Below, piece after piece: positions 27,751-38,200 of a DNA stretch of 64,000 nucleotides. How positions within the stretch are numbered: the stretch's first letter is position 1; every line of letters begins with the position of its first letter. Source of the DNA: Deltaproteobacteria bacterium (GTDB taxonomy: Bacteria > Myxococcota > Kuafuiibacteriia > Kuafuiibacteriales > Kuafuiibacteriaceae). A model generated the notes under the pieces. That model ran no database searches, was not told the origin of the DNA, and was given only the letters and a program-made list of their open reading frames with translations. Both the position numbers and the translations under genes were made by a program. The DNA is taken from contig JAVJQW010000043.1 in the NCBI GenBank assembly GCA_040218735.1, positions 224,001 through 288,000 on the forward strand, read 5' to 3'.

Positions 27751-28821
27751 TCAGATGAACGTGTGCACGTCAGGGCGGTACCCGAGGTAATCGCTGAGCA
27801 GTTGGAACATCTCGGGGCTCGCCGTGCGGAGCGCCTCCGGGTCTTCCGTGAACAGCTTCAGCATCGTCGGGTAGGCCTCGAGACCGTCCGCGTTGAGACC
27901 CTGCTCGGCGAGTAGCCCCTGGACGTCCTCCGAAGCGACCAGCTCGTCGAAGCGCTCGGGGTCGGGGAAGTCGTGCGGGACCACGCCCTTGTCGTGGCGT
28001 CCTCCGTCGAGCGAGGCCCCCTGTTCGACGTGCGCGAGCTCGTGGATCACGAGGTTGTCGCCCTGGTCGACGAGGTGTCCGTACAGGGCGTCGGAGCGGA
28101 GCGTGAGATCGCCGGACGCGGGCGCGCCGCCGGAGTAGCCGAGGTCGCGCTCCGGGGGGAACACGTAGACGTCGAAGGTGCCGGTGCCGTCGACGTCGCG
28201 CACGACACCGTTCGACTGGTCGTCGCCGGCGAAGTCGGGGACTTCGTCGAGCTCGTGGTTGGACGCGGTCTCGATCATGCGGTCGAGCGCCTCGGGGCGA
28301 CCGAACGTCTCGGCGGCGATGCCGCGGAACGTGAGCTCCTCGAGCGCGGCGTCGGGCGTGGCGCCGTCTTCGTAGCGGAAGTTGATGCGGTCGTCGCTGC
28401 GCACCTCGTCGAGGTACGCGTCGTACGCGGCTTGATCTTCCGGCGTCAGGTTCGCGCGGAACGTGTCGACGTCGTCGAACGCCGCCGGGTCCCCCGTCGC
28501 TTCGAAGTCGGTGCGGGCGGTTTCGAGATCGGCGCGTCGTTCTTCGACGGGACGATCGCCGAACGGGACCTCGTTGGCCTCGGGGACGGGGTTCTTTTGC
28601 TCGATGCGATCCCGGATCGTCTGTTCGAGGATTCGGCGCGCCTCGCGAGCGGCTTCGACCAGGCTGGTCGCGGGACGGCGGCGCGTGATCGAGGGCGCCT
28701 CGATCTCCGGCGCCGCTGGCGTTTCGAGCGGTGCTGCGTCGCCGTGCGGCTCGTCGAGCTCGGCGATCGTCTGCGTGGGCTGAAAGGTGGTGCGGGTGTT
28801 GGTCGGTGCATCGACGGACAT
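27751..28821 (-). CDS. Zinc-dependent peptidase (MtfA/M90-like C-terminal domain)
   Basis: GDNLVIHELAH and F.EDPEAL...PEMFQLL..YL; disordered N-terminus; ATG 28821. Confidence 0.7.
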   Translation of the reverse strand: MSVDAPTNTRTTFQPTQTIAELDEPHGDAAPLETPAAPEIEAPSITRRRPATSLVEAAREARRILEQTIRDRIEQKNPVPEANEVPFGDRPVEERRADLETARTDFEATGDPAAFDDVDTFRANLTPEDQAAYDAYLDEVRSDDRINFRYEDGATPDAALEELTFRGIAAETFGRPEALDRMIETASNHELDEVPDFAGDDQSNGVVRDVDGTGTFDVYVFPPERDLGYSGGAPASGDLTLRSDALYGHLVDQGDNLVIHELAHVEQGASLDGGRHDKGVVPHDFPDPERFDELVASEDVQGLLAEQGLNADGLEAYPTMLKLFTEDPEALRTASPEMFQLLSDYLGYRPDVHTFI

Positions 28822-28888
28822 GCTGCGACGATGAGGGGGCGCGGCCGTGATCTCGATTACGCTCGCGTTACGCTCTGCCTCGTTTCTT

Positions 28889-31800
28889 TCAGGTGTGTGT
28901 GCGGATGCGTGTCTCTGCTTCACGTGCCGCTTCGCAATCCAGCTTGCGCAGCGCGGGCAACGCCGCCTTCGTCCCGAACGCGCCGAGGGCGTGCGCCGCG
29001 GAGGCGCGGACGTCAGGATCCGTGTGCTCCACGAGGATGTTGATCAGCGCCTGCTCGCGCTGGTGTTCGGCGACGAAGCGCGTGCTCGAGAAGATCGCGA
29101 AGAGCGCAGCGAGGCGGACGCTCGGATCGGGGTCGTAGAGGCGCCGCTCGAGGGATCCGCGCACTTCTCGGACGGACCATCGGCTCCCGAGGAAACGTGT
29201 GGCGCGGGCGCGCGTCTGCGCGGAGGCGGCGTTCTCGGCGACGTGCTCGATCGCCTCGACCGCGGTGTCGCGACGGACCACGGCGGCCTTGAGGGCTTCG
29301 TCTTGGAGATCGGGATCGTCGGACCGCATCGCCCCGGCGAGGAGGCGCCCGACGTCCTCGCGCTCCGGCGCCTGCGCCGCGAGGTGGCGGATCGCCTGGA
29401 TGCGAACCTCGGCGGGGACGCGATCGGAGGCCGCGAGGGTCATCAGCCCGCGGTGCCCGTTCGGTCCCGCGCGCAAGGCAACTTGCAGCGCGGCCCGCGC
29501 GCGTTCGAGCCCGAGCGCGGGCCGCCGCGGCCGAGGCGCGGGACGAACGAGGCGCGCGACGTGCGGGTCGACCGCGGGCAACGCGCCGCCCGCGCGCGAC
29601 GGCGGTGGCGCGTTATGCAGACCGGGAGATTCGCTACGCGGACCGGCAGATTCGTTCTGCGGACCGGCAGATTCGTTCTGCGGACCGGCAGATTCGCTAC
29701 GCGGACCGGGAGATTCGCTACGCGGTCCGGCAGATTCGTTCTGCGGTCCGGGAGATTCGCTACGCGGACCGGCAGATTCGTTCTGCGGACCGGCAGATTC
29801 GTTCTGCGGACCGGCAGATTCGCTCTGCGGTCCGGCAGATCCGCTACGCGGACCGGGAGATTCGCTACGCGGTCCGGCAGATTCGTTCTGCGGTCCGGCA
29901 TATTCGCTACGCGGTCCGGTATATTCGCTCTGCGGTCCGCCCGATGCGTTCTCCGAGTCCGCATATCTCGCGCCGCCGCCGGCTGGCGCCGCGGGGCGCG
30001 TGTCCGCGACATCGAACGCCGGGGCCTCCGGCTGCGTGACGTCCGACCAGAACGTCACCGGGAGCTGCGGCGTCGTTGCGGGCGCTTCTCCGCCCGTGGT
30101 CTCCCGGCGCGCGCGGTCCACGAGCCCCGGCGACGCGGCCTCCAGCGCCGCGAACAGCTGCGCGTGATCCTCCGCCTCGAACGTGCGCTCGATCCACCGC
30201 ACCGCGCGCTGGCGCACCGGCAGCGCCAGGCGCGTGTCGTAGGCGATCGCGCCCGCCGCGCCGTAACCCGCGAGGCCCAAGGCGATCGCGCCGTCGAGCG
30301 CGGCGTCCGCCATCTCCGCGTCGCTCGTTTGGGCAACGCGGTCCAGGAGCCCGGCGCACTCCGCGCCGGCCCGTCGCATCGCGATCGCGGTCGCCGCGAC
30401 CCGAACATCGCGCTCGTCGTCGCGGAGGGCGCGGGTCACCGCGTCGTGCACCAACGTCGGCGTCCCCGATGCGTCCAGTATCTGCAACGCGCGAATCCGC
30501 ACTTCGGCGCGCGGCGCGTGAGCGGCTGCGTCGCGCAGCCCGCCGGCGCCGTGCAGCGTCGCGAGGAGCGCGGCCTCCGCCAACTCGAAGTCGTCGCCGC
30601 TCCACAGCGACCGCAAGGTAGGTTGCGCCGCCGCACCGAACCTCGATCCCAGCGCACGAGTCGCCGCGACACGCACTGCCGTCGCGGCGTCCGAGAGCGC
30701 GAGGCGCGTCAGCGTGCCGGCACCTCTCCGGCCCAGCTTCAGGGCACCGAGCAACACCGCGCGCTCCGCGTCGTCCGCGATCGCCCGCGTCACGGTGTCC
30801 TCGTAGCCCTCGACCGCGATCGACGCCGCGAGCTCGTAGGCCAAACACCGAACCTCGAACGCGTCGTCGACCTGCAGTCGCTCCAGCGCACCGAGCGCCA
30901 CGCGCCACGGCAGCGACTCCGCGATCCGGAGCATCGCCGCCTTCCGTTCCACTAGCAATCCGGTCCGCGCGGCGCGCTCGAGTGTGTCGGCGTCGATGCC
31001 ATCGATCCGCACCAGCGCCGCCGATGAGGCCTGCGCGACACGCGTCGACGCATCGCCCACCCACTTCGCCAACCGAGATGACACCCGCTCCGCCGGCCAG
31101 TCACGCGCGATGCGATCGACGGCGCGTGCCCGTACCTCCACGTCCACGGCCGGCGACGACGCCAGCTCCACCAACGCCTCGAACACCCCATGCTCCGCCG
31201 CGCACTCGTGGGCTGCGTGCGCCGCTTCGAGGCGCACGAACGCCGACGCCGACTGCATTGCCTCCGCGCAAAGCCCCAACGTCAGCGAAGGCTCCAGGTG
31301 CGCCGCGAGGTGACGCATCGCTCGCCCGCGGAGCGGCGCGGGTGCGTCCGTCGTCGCGATCGTCTCGACCAGCGACAGCCCCGCGCGGCCCTGCGCGATC
31401 GCGAGGTCGAGCACCAAGCCATACACGTCCTCGCGCGCGGCCGCGGCGAGGAACCGCTCGAGCGTCGGCACCACCGTGTCCGGCGCAAACGCGTTTGCGA
31501 TGAACGTCAGCGCGCGCGGGTCACCCGTCGCCAGGAGCGCTTCGACGTCGTGCGTGAGCATCGCCCTACGCAGCGCTTCGAGCTCGGGCCGCGGAGCGCC
31601 CAGCCACGTATCGATCTCGTGCAGCCACCCCTCGCGCAGGACGACCACTCGGTCAGGACGCACCGACTGCGGCAGCGCGGGGCGCGTCGCGTCCAGCAAC
31701 ATCGCGCGCCCGCCGAAGCGCTGCACGAGCTCGGCGCCCGAGAGCCCGGGCAACCGCAACGCCGCGATCAGACAGGGCGCGGGCCGCTCCAGGGCCGCCT

Positions 31801-31894
31801 CGGCCGTGGCCACGATGTGGGACGTGTGTCCGTGCGTCTGAGCAAAGACCGCAACGGAAGCAGCGATGCGAGCGTCGAGTCCAACGAGCAGCAC
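28889..31894 (-). CDS. HEAT-repeat protein with degenerate N-terminal receiver-like domain and internal heptapeptide repeat
   Basis: VLLVG...LRLPGLSGAEL; many D..VR..A repeats; TACACT 8 nt before GTG 31894. Confidence 0.8.
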   Translation of the reverse strand: MLLVGLDARIAASVAVFAQTHGHTSHIVATAEAALERPAPCLIAALRLPGLSGAELVQRFGGRAMLLDATRPALPQSVRPDRVVVLREGWLHEIDTWLGAPRPELEALRRAMLTHDVEALLATGDPRALTFIANAFAPDTVVPTLERFLAAAAREDVYGLVLDLAIAQGRAGLSLVETIATTDAPAPLRGRAMRHLAAHLEPSLTLGLCAEAMQSASAFVRLEAAHAAHECAAEHGVFEALVELASSPAVDVEVRARAVDRIARDWPAERVSSRLAKWVGDASTRVAQASSAALVRIDGIDADTLERAARTGLLVERKAAMLRIAESLPWRVALGALERLQVDDAFEVRCLAYELAASIAVEGYEDTVTRAIADDAERAVLLGALKLGRRGAGTLTRLALSDAATAVRVAATRALGSRFGAAAQPTLRSLWSGDDFELAEAALLATLHGAGGLRDAAAHAPRAEVRIRALQILDASGTPTLVHDAVTRALRDDERDVRVAATAIAMRRAGAECAGLLDRVAQTSDAEMADAALDGAIALGLAGYGAAGAIAYDTRLALPVRQRAVRWIERTFEAEDHAQLFAALEAASPGLVDRARRETTGGEAPATTPQLPVTFWSDVTQPEAPAFDVADTRPAAPAGGGARYADSENASGGPQSEYTGPRSEYAGPQNESAGPRSESPGPRSGSAGPQSESAGPQNESAGPQNESAGPRSESPGPQNESAGPRSESPGPRSESAGPQNESAGPQNESAGPRSESPGLHNAPPPSRAGGALPAVDPHVARLVRPAPRPRRPALGLERARAALQVALRAGPNGHRGLMTLAASDRVPAEVRIQAIRHLAAQAPEREDVGRLLAGAMRSDDPDLQDEALKAAVVRRDTAVEAIEHVAENAASAQTRARATRFLGSRWSVREVRGSLERRLYDPDPSVRLAALFAIFSSTRFVAEHQREQALINILVEHTDPDVRASAAHALGAFGTKAALPALRKLDCEAAREAETRIRTHT
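29620..29938. repeat. 21-bp tandem repeat, about 15 copies, encoding GP(R/Q)(S/N)ES(A/P)
   Basis: Unit G(A/T)CCGG(C/G)AGATTCG(CTAC/TTCT)GCG repeated with no spacers. Confidence 0.95.
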
Positions 31895-32059
31895 GTGAGC
31901 GGAGTGTAGGCCCAACCGGCCCGCGGGCAAGGTGGGCCCCCTTCGCAAAAAATCGAACGGTGGTAGACACGAGCGCTACCGATTTTCGTGGACCGCGTAG
32001 CCGCGGTGCGGACGATCGATGCAATCGACGAGCGCCACGCGCGTGCGCCGAGGTGATGG

Positions 32060-32950
32060 ATGAGTGACTTCCTCGATCTCGTACTGGGCTTCCCCACGGT
32101 CTTCCTGACGGCAGCCCTCGCGATCGTCACCATCTACTGGGCCTTCGTGATCTTCGGAGCGCTCGACGTCGACACCTTCGACTTCGACGTAGACCTCGAC
32201 GGCATCGCCGAAGGGGCCGCGGAAGGCGCCGCCGAGGGCGCGCTGGAAGGCGCGGCCGAGGGCGCTGCGGAGGGCGCGATCGAAGGCGGCCTCGAGGGGG
32301 GCTTCGAAGGCGCCGAGGGAGCGCTCGAAGGCGCCGAGGGAGCGTTCGAAGGCGCCGACGGTGCGCTGGAAGGCGCCGAGGGCGCCGCGGAGGGTGCGGA
32401 GGCGGGAATCCACGAGGGGCTCTCGTTCATCGGCTTCCTCTCCACGCTCGGGCTGCGCCGCGCGCCGTTCACGGTGACGCTCAGCCTGCTGACCCTCGCC
32501 GCGTGGGCGTTCTGCGTGCTCGGCATGCAGTACCTCGCGCCCGTGCTCACGATGCTCCCGGGCTTCGTGGTCGGCGGGGGCGTGATGCTCGGGTCTCTGG
32601 TGCTCGCCGTGCCGGTGACCAGCGTGACGTCACGGCCGCTCGGGCCGCTGTTCATCACGCACGAGGCGGACAAACGCGCCGACTTCATCGGTCGCACGTG
32701 CCGCATCGACACCGGCAGCGTCGATGGAAAGTTCGGACAGGCCACGGTCGCGGAGGGCGGAGGTTGGACGGTCATCCAGGTCCGCGCAGCGAACGACAAT
32801 GATCTGCGTCGCGGGGACGAGGCGCTGATCGTGGCCTACGACAACAGGCTCGAGGCGTTCCGCGTCGAGAGCATGAAGGTGGAATCGAAGGAGGCCGAAG
32901 GGTCTCCGGCGGCGCGTCGCGCCGCACAGACGGTGAAGGACGCGCGCTGA
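32060..32950 (+). CDS. YqiJ/DUF1449-like membrane protein with C-terminal OB-fold
   Basis: FPTVFLT...YW, acidic loop, TM hairpin, DFIGRTC...FGQATV...GDEALIV. Confidence 0.85.
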   Translation: MSDFLDLVLGFPTVFLTAALAIVTIYWAFVIFGALDVDTFDFDVDLDGIAEGAAEGAAEGALEGAAEGAAEGAIEGGLEGGFEGAEGALEGAEGAFEGADGALEGAEGAAEGAEAGIHEGLSFIGFLSTLGLRRAPFTVTLSLLTLAAWAFCVLGMQYLAPVLTMLPGFVVGGGVMLGSLVLAVPVTSVTSRPLGPLFITHEADKRADFIGRTCRIDTGSVDGKFGQATVAEGGGWTVIQVRAANDNDLRRGDEALIVAYDNRLEAFRVESMKVESKEAEGSPAARRAAQTVKDAR

Positions 32951-33015
32951 ATCCACGGCGCGCGAGACTTCACGACTAGGAGGTCGGCGCACCTGAGCGC
33001 GCCGAAACGAGGAGC

Positions 33016-35202
33016 ATGATGCAGAACCTGATCTTCTTTGGAGTGTTGGTCGCCGTCGGCCTCGCCATCCTGGCGGGCTTCGCGATGATGGTCGCGAAGT
33101 TCTACAAGAAGGTGGAGCAAGGCCGAGCGCTGATCATCAACAAGGTCACGAAGGAGCCGATCGTCACGTTCACGGGCGGACTGGTGCTCCCCATCGTGCA
33201 CCGCGCCGAGACCATGGACATCTCGGTGAAGACCGTCGAGATCGACCGCCGCGGCAAGGAAGGTCTGATCTGTAAGGACAACATCCGCGCGGACATCAAG
33301 GTCACGTTCTTCGTGAAGGTGAACAAGACCGCCGAGGACGTCCTGAAGGTCGCGCAGCAGGTGGGCTGCACGCGTGCGTCGAGCCAAGAGACGCTCGAGG
33401 AGCTCTTCCTCGCGAAGTTCTCCGAGGCGCTGAAGACCGTCGGCAAGCAGCTGGACTTCGTCGAGCTGTACACGAAGCGCGAGGACTTCAAGGACGAGAT
33501 CATCCGCACCATCGGCCGTGACCTGAACGGCTACGTCCTCGACGACGCGGCGATCGACTTCTTGGAGCAGACCCCGCTGGAGAGCCTCGACCGCGAGAAC
33601 ATCCTGGACGCCCAGGGCATCCGCAAGATCACCGAGCTCACCACCGCGCAGAACGTTCACACGAACGAGCTGCGGCAGGCGGAGCGCAAGGCGATCAAGA
33701 AGCAGGACGTCGAGGCCGAGGAGGCCGTGCTCGCGCTCGAGCGTCAGGAGCAGGACGCCCGCGCCAAGCAGGCTCGTGAGATCGCGACGATGAAGGCGCG
33801 CGAGGAGGCGGAGACCCGCAAGGTCGAAGCCGAAGAGTACAAGAAGGCATCCGTCGCGCGGCTGAAGGCCGAGGAGGAGGTCAAGGTCTCCGAGGAGGCG
33901 AAGAACCGCCAGATCGAGGTCGCGAAGAAGAACCGCGAGCGGGTCGTCGCGGTCGAGACGGAGCGCGTCGAGAAGGACCGGGCGCTCGAGCAGATCTCGC
34001 GCGAGCGGGAGACGGAGCTGTCGCGCATCGCGAAGGAGAAGGAGCTCGAGGTCGAGAAGAAGGAGATCGCCGACGTCATCCGTGGGCGCATCGCCGTCGA
34101 GAAGACCGTGGCCGAGGAGGAGGAGCGCATCAAGGACACGCGCGCCATCGCCGAGGCGAAGCGAAGCAAGGAGGTCCAGGTGACCGCGGCTTCGGCGGAG
34201 GCCGAAGAGAACATGGTCAAGCAGGTCAAGGCCGCCGAGGCGGGCCAGGAGGTCGCGAAGTTCAAGGCGAAGGAGCGTTTGACGCTCGCCGACGCCGAGC
34301 TCGAGGCGGCCGACCGCTCCGCGCAAGCGAAGATCCGCATCGCGGAAGGCGTGCAGGCGGAGGTCGCGGCCGAGGGGCTCGCGAAGGTTCGTGTGCGCGA
34401 AGCCGACGCGGTGGCGTTGGAGAAGGAAGGCTCCGCGAAGGCGCGCATCACGCAGTCGCAGATGGAGGCCGAGGCGCGCGGTAAGGAAGCGCAGGCGGCG
34501 GCCATCGAGAAGCAGGGCCTGGCCGAGGCGGCCGTGACCCGCGAAGGGTTGCTCGCGACCGCGAAGGGCGAGGAGGAGAAGGGCCTCGCCGCGGCGCGCG
34601 TGCACGAGGCGGACGCCGCTGCGCGGGAGAAGATGGGTCTCGCGGAGGCCGTCGCGATCGAGAAGAAGCTCACCGCCGAGGCGACGGGCTTGCGCGACAA
34701 GGCCGAGGCGATGAAGGCACTCGACGGCGTGGGTCGCGAGCACGAGGAGTTCCGTCTCCGCTTGGAGAAGGACAAGGAGGTCGAGCTGGCTTCGGTGACG
34801 GCCCGGGTGAACATCGCCGAGGCGCGCGCGCAGATCATGAAGGCTGCGTTCGCGGCGGCGAACATCAACATCGTCGGTGGCGACGGTGGGTTCTTCGACA
34901 AGTTCGTCGACGCGGTGTCGATGGGTAAGTCGGTGGATGGGTTCGTCGAGAACAGCTCGAACATCCAGCAGCTCTTCGGCAAGTACCTCAACGGGAACGG
35001 CAACCTCCCCGCGGACGTGCTGCAGGCGCTGTCGGGCTTCTCGACGAAGGACCTGCAGAACGTGAGCGTGGCGGGCCTGCTCGGGAAGCTCATGCTCGGT
35101 GCGGACGACGCGACGAAGCACAAGCTGCAGTCACTGCTGAAGCACGCCGAGGAGCTCGGGGTGGACGACGCGCTGCCGCCGCCGTCTTCGGACGCGAACT
35201 GA
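33016..35202 (+). CDS. Flotillin-like SPFH protein (YqiK type)
   Basis: N-terminal TM, GLICKDNIRADIKVTFFV, NILDAQG, long A/E/K coiled coil; GAGGAG SD. Confidence 0.93.
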   Translation: MMQNLIFFGVLVAVGLAILAGFAMMVAKFYKKVEQGRALIINKVTKEPIVTFTGGLVLPIVHRAETMDISVKTVEIDRRGKEGLICKDNIRADIKVTFFVKVNKTAEDVLKVAQQVGCTRASSQETLEELFLAKFSEALKTVGKQLDFVELYTKREDFKDEIIRTIGRDLNGYVLDDAAIDFLEQTPLESLDRENILDAQGIRKITELTTAQNVHTNELRQAERKAIKKQDVEAEEAVLALERQEQDARAKQAREIATMKAREEAETRKVEAEEYKKASVARLKAEEEVKVSEEAKNRQIEVAKKNRERVVAVETERVEKDRALEQISRERETELSRIAKEKELEVEKKEIADVIRGRIAVEKTVAEEEERIKDTRAIAEAKRSKEVQVTAASAEAEENMVKQVKAAEAGQEVAKFKAKERLTLADAELEAADRSAQAKIRIAEGVQAEVAAEGLAKVRVREADAVALEKEGSAKARITQSQMEAEARGKEAQAAAIEKQGLAEAAVTREGLLATAKGEEEKGLAAARVHEADAAAREKMGLAEAVAIEKKLTAEATGLRDKAEAMKALDGVGREHEEFRLRLEKDKEVELASVTARVNIAEARAQIMKAAFAAANINIVGGDGGFFDKFVDAVSMGKSVDGFVENSSNIQQLFGKYLNGNGNLPADVLQALSGFSTKDLQNVSVAGLLGKLMLGADDATKHKLQSLLKHAEELGVDDALPPPSSDAN

Positions 35203-35221
35203 GGAGGATTGAGGAGAGCTC

Positions 35222-38200
35222 GTGGTCGACGTGAACGCCAAGGAAGAAGCCACCCTCGAAGGCGGAAGCTACGAGGTCATCCGGCGCCGCCTGCTCGAGC
35301 AGGCGGCCGCCCTCGGCGAGGCCGCCGAGCGTCTCAACGCCAAGCGCGTGGGGACGTTCGGTGGCACCGAGCTGGCGGTGATCGGCAACGAGCGCGTGCG
35401 GACCGAGAACAACTGCGTGCCGCGGGACATCGTCAACGTCGGCGGCACGCTGTTGTTCGGTTACAACGTGTTCCTGGGGCTGAAGACGGAGACGTCCATC
35501 GACGACGTCTTCAGCCTCCATGGGTTCACGGAGAAGGACGGCGGTGGGTTCGACCTGTCGGCGCTCCCTCTCGATTCCGGGGGTGGGCTGCTCTCGGGCG
35601 AAGAGTTTCAGCGCGACTTCGCGGAGCTGTACAAATACTACAAGGACGCGCGTCTGCTCGTGGTGCGCGAGGCCGAGGGGCGGCTCCTCGCGGTCTTCCA
35701 GACCGGCAACACCCTCGCGGACATCAAGGCCTTCCGGTGGGCGGTCGACAAGGGCGCGCCGCGTTACATCGACAACCGCGCGGAGAAGGACCACACCTTC
35801 CCGCCGAGTCATGACTTCGAGTGGGTTCAGACGTCCCGCGACGACCACGTCTCGGGGCGGCACCCGCACGTGAACATCCTCGACGAGGTGTTCGTGGAGA
35901 CCGTCGGCGGTGATCTCACCGTGAAGGTCGAGAACAACACCGAGGACGGGAAGGGCATCTACCGCGAGCCGGTGGACGACCCGCGCCAAGCGCTCGACGA
36001 CGGTGAGATCCACTACGCGAAGGTCGGGGCGCTCATTCTTCTGAAGATACTGCCGTACCGCGAGGAGACGTGGCGTTACCTCGTCTTCAACACGCGTACG
36101 CAGCAAGTGAAGCGCATCGACGCGATCGGGCAGTCGTGTGTGCAGCTCCCCGAGGACCACGGCGTGGTGTTCCCGGGCGGTTACTACCTCCAGACCGGGT
36201 CATCGAAGATCTTCGACGCCGAGATCGAGGACCTCGTCTTCATGCGCTCGATCCGGGCGCCGAACGGCGAGGACGTCCTGTACGTCTTCTACCACCAGAT
36301 CGACGGGCAGTACCTGCTGCTCCCCTACAACCTCATCCGCAAGGAGGTGCCGAACCCGATCGTGTGCCACGGGTTCACGCTGTTCGACGACGGCAAGATG
36401 CTCGTCTTCCGTTCGACGTCCGACGAGCCGACGCGTGTGCACCCGATGCAGGTGTGGCAGACGCCGTTCACGTCGGATGAGTTCGCGGCGAAGGCACCGA
36501 CGGACGGCTCCTACCTCGCGAAGATCGGCAACGCGGAGCTGGTGCGCGGGATCTCCGACGCATTCAGCGTTCAGCGGTTGATCGAGACCGACGAACCCAC
36601 CCGCCTCACGTACGAGGATCTCATCGCGAGCGCGGTGCGGCTCGTCGACAACTACTACTGGCTCGGGCACGAGGAGAGCGAAGGCCTCGCGCAGATCCTC
36701 GGAACCATCCGCGAGAACGCAGAGCTGATCGTCGATGAGTTCGAGAAGGTCCTCGCGCTGAAGAAGCAGGCCGAAGAGGCCCTCGCGGAGGCGGTCGAAC
36801 AGCAAAAGGACATCTTCCGGGAGCTGCGCCCCGAGGACTGGCGGGAGGTCAAGGCGTTCCTCTTCGCGATGAACTCGCTGCGCACGCAGCGCGGTCACCT
36901 GATTACGCTGCGGGACGTTCGTTACATCGACGTCGAGGCGCTCGAGGGGATGGAGGCCGAGGTCGTCGAGCAGTTCGACCGGGTCTCGAAGTACTGCGTC
37001 GAGTTCATGCTGACCGGCGAGGCGCTCGGTCCGCTCATCGCGCAGATCGACGAGCTCGAGGCGAAGGTCGGCGAGGTCGAGAAGGGCACGGAGTTCGCGC
37101 CGCTCGTCGAGGACCTCGAGGGGCTGTCGAAGGGCCTCGAGCTGTTGTCGGAGGTCGTCTCCGGGCTGCAGATCGACGACGCCACGCAGCGTACCCAGAT
37201 CCTGGAGAGCATCTCCGAGGTCTTCGGCCACCTGAACCGCGCCCGCGCGACGTTGACCTCGAAGAAGAAGTCGATGCTCTCCGCGGAGGGGCGCGCGGAG
37301 TTCGGGGCGCAGTTCAAGCTCCTCGGGCAGGCGGTCGCGTCGTCCCTCGCGATGGCGGACTCGCCGGACAAGTGCGACGAGCAGCTGTCGCGGCTGATGG
37401 TTCAGCTCGAAGATCTCGAGGCGCGCTTCTCGGAGTTCGACGAGTTTCTCGCGGACCTCGCGGCGAAGCGCGAGGAGATCTACGAGGCGTTCGGCGGCAA
37501 GAAGCAGCAGCTCCTCGACGAACGCAACCGTCGCGCGACGAACCTCGCCACGGCGGCGGATCGCATCCTCTCCGGCGTCGCGCGGAGGGTGAAGAGCTTC
37601 AAGGCCGACGACGAGCTGAACGCGTACTTCGCGTCCGACGCGATGGTGATGAAGCTGCGCCAGCTCGTGGAGCAGCTGCGCGCGTTGGGCGACTCCGTGA
37701 AGGCGGACGACGTCGAGGCGCGCGTGAAATCGGCGAAGCAGGACGCGGTGCGGAACCTGCGCGACAAGATCGATCTGTTCGCCGAAGGCGACGACATCAT
37801 CTCGTTCGGCCAACACAAGTTCACCGTCAACACACAGTCCTTCGAGCTGACGATGGTGCCGCGCGGTGACCAGATGGCGCTGCACCTCACGGGGACGGAC
37901 TTCTACGAGACGATCACCGACGAGGCGTTCGCGAAGACCCGTGAGTTCTGGGACCAGCACCTCGTCTCGGAGACGAAGGACGTCTACCGCGGTGAGTACC
38001 TCGCGGCGTCGATGCTCTTCGATGCGGAGGTGGGCAACAAAGGTCTATCGATCGAGAAACTCGTCGAGGCGAGCCACGACACGACTTCACTCGTGGAGCT
38101 CGTCCGCACCTACGCGGCGGACCGGTACGAAGAGGGATACGAGCGCGGGTTGCACGACGCCGACACGGCGAAGATCCTCGAGAAGCTCCTCTCGATCTGG

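Noticed and set aside
29620-29938. Possible CRISPR array
   Set aside because: The 21-bp units are contiguous with no unique spacers, lie in frame inside a CDS, and no cas genes are present.
29605-30039. Plus-strand heptad ORF (RYADREI)n resembling a coiled coil
   Set aside because: By-product of a stop-free 21-bp repeat antisense to the HEAT gene; no independent start signals.
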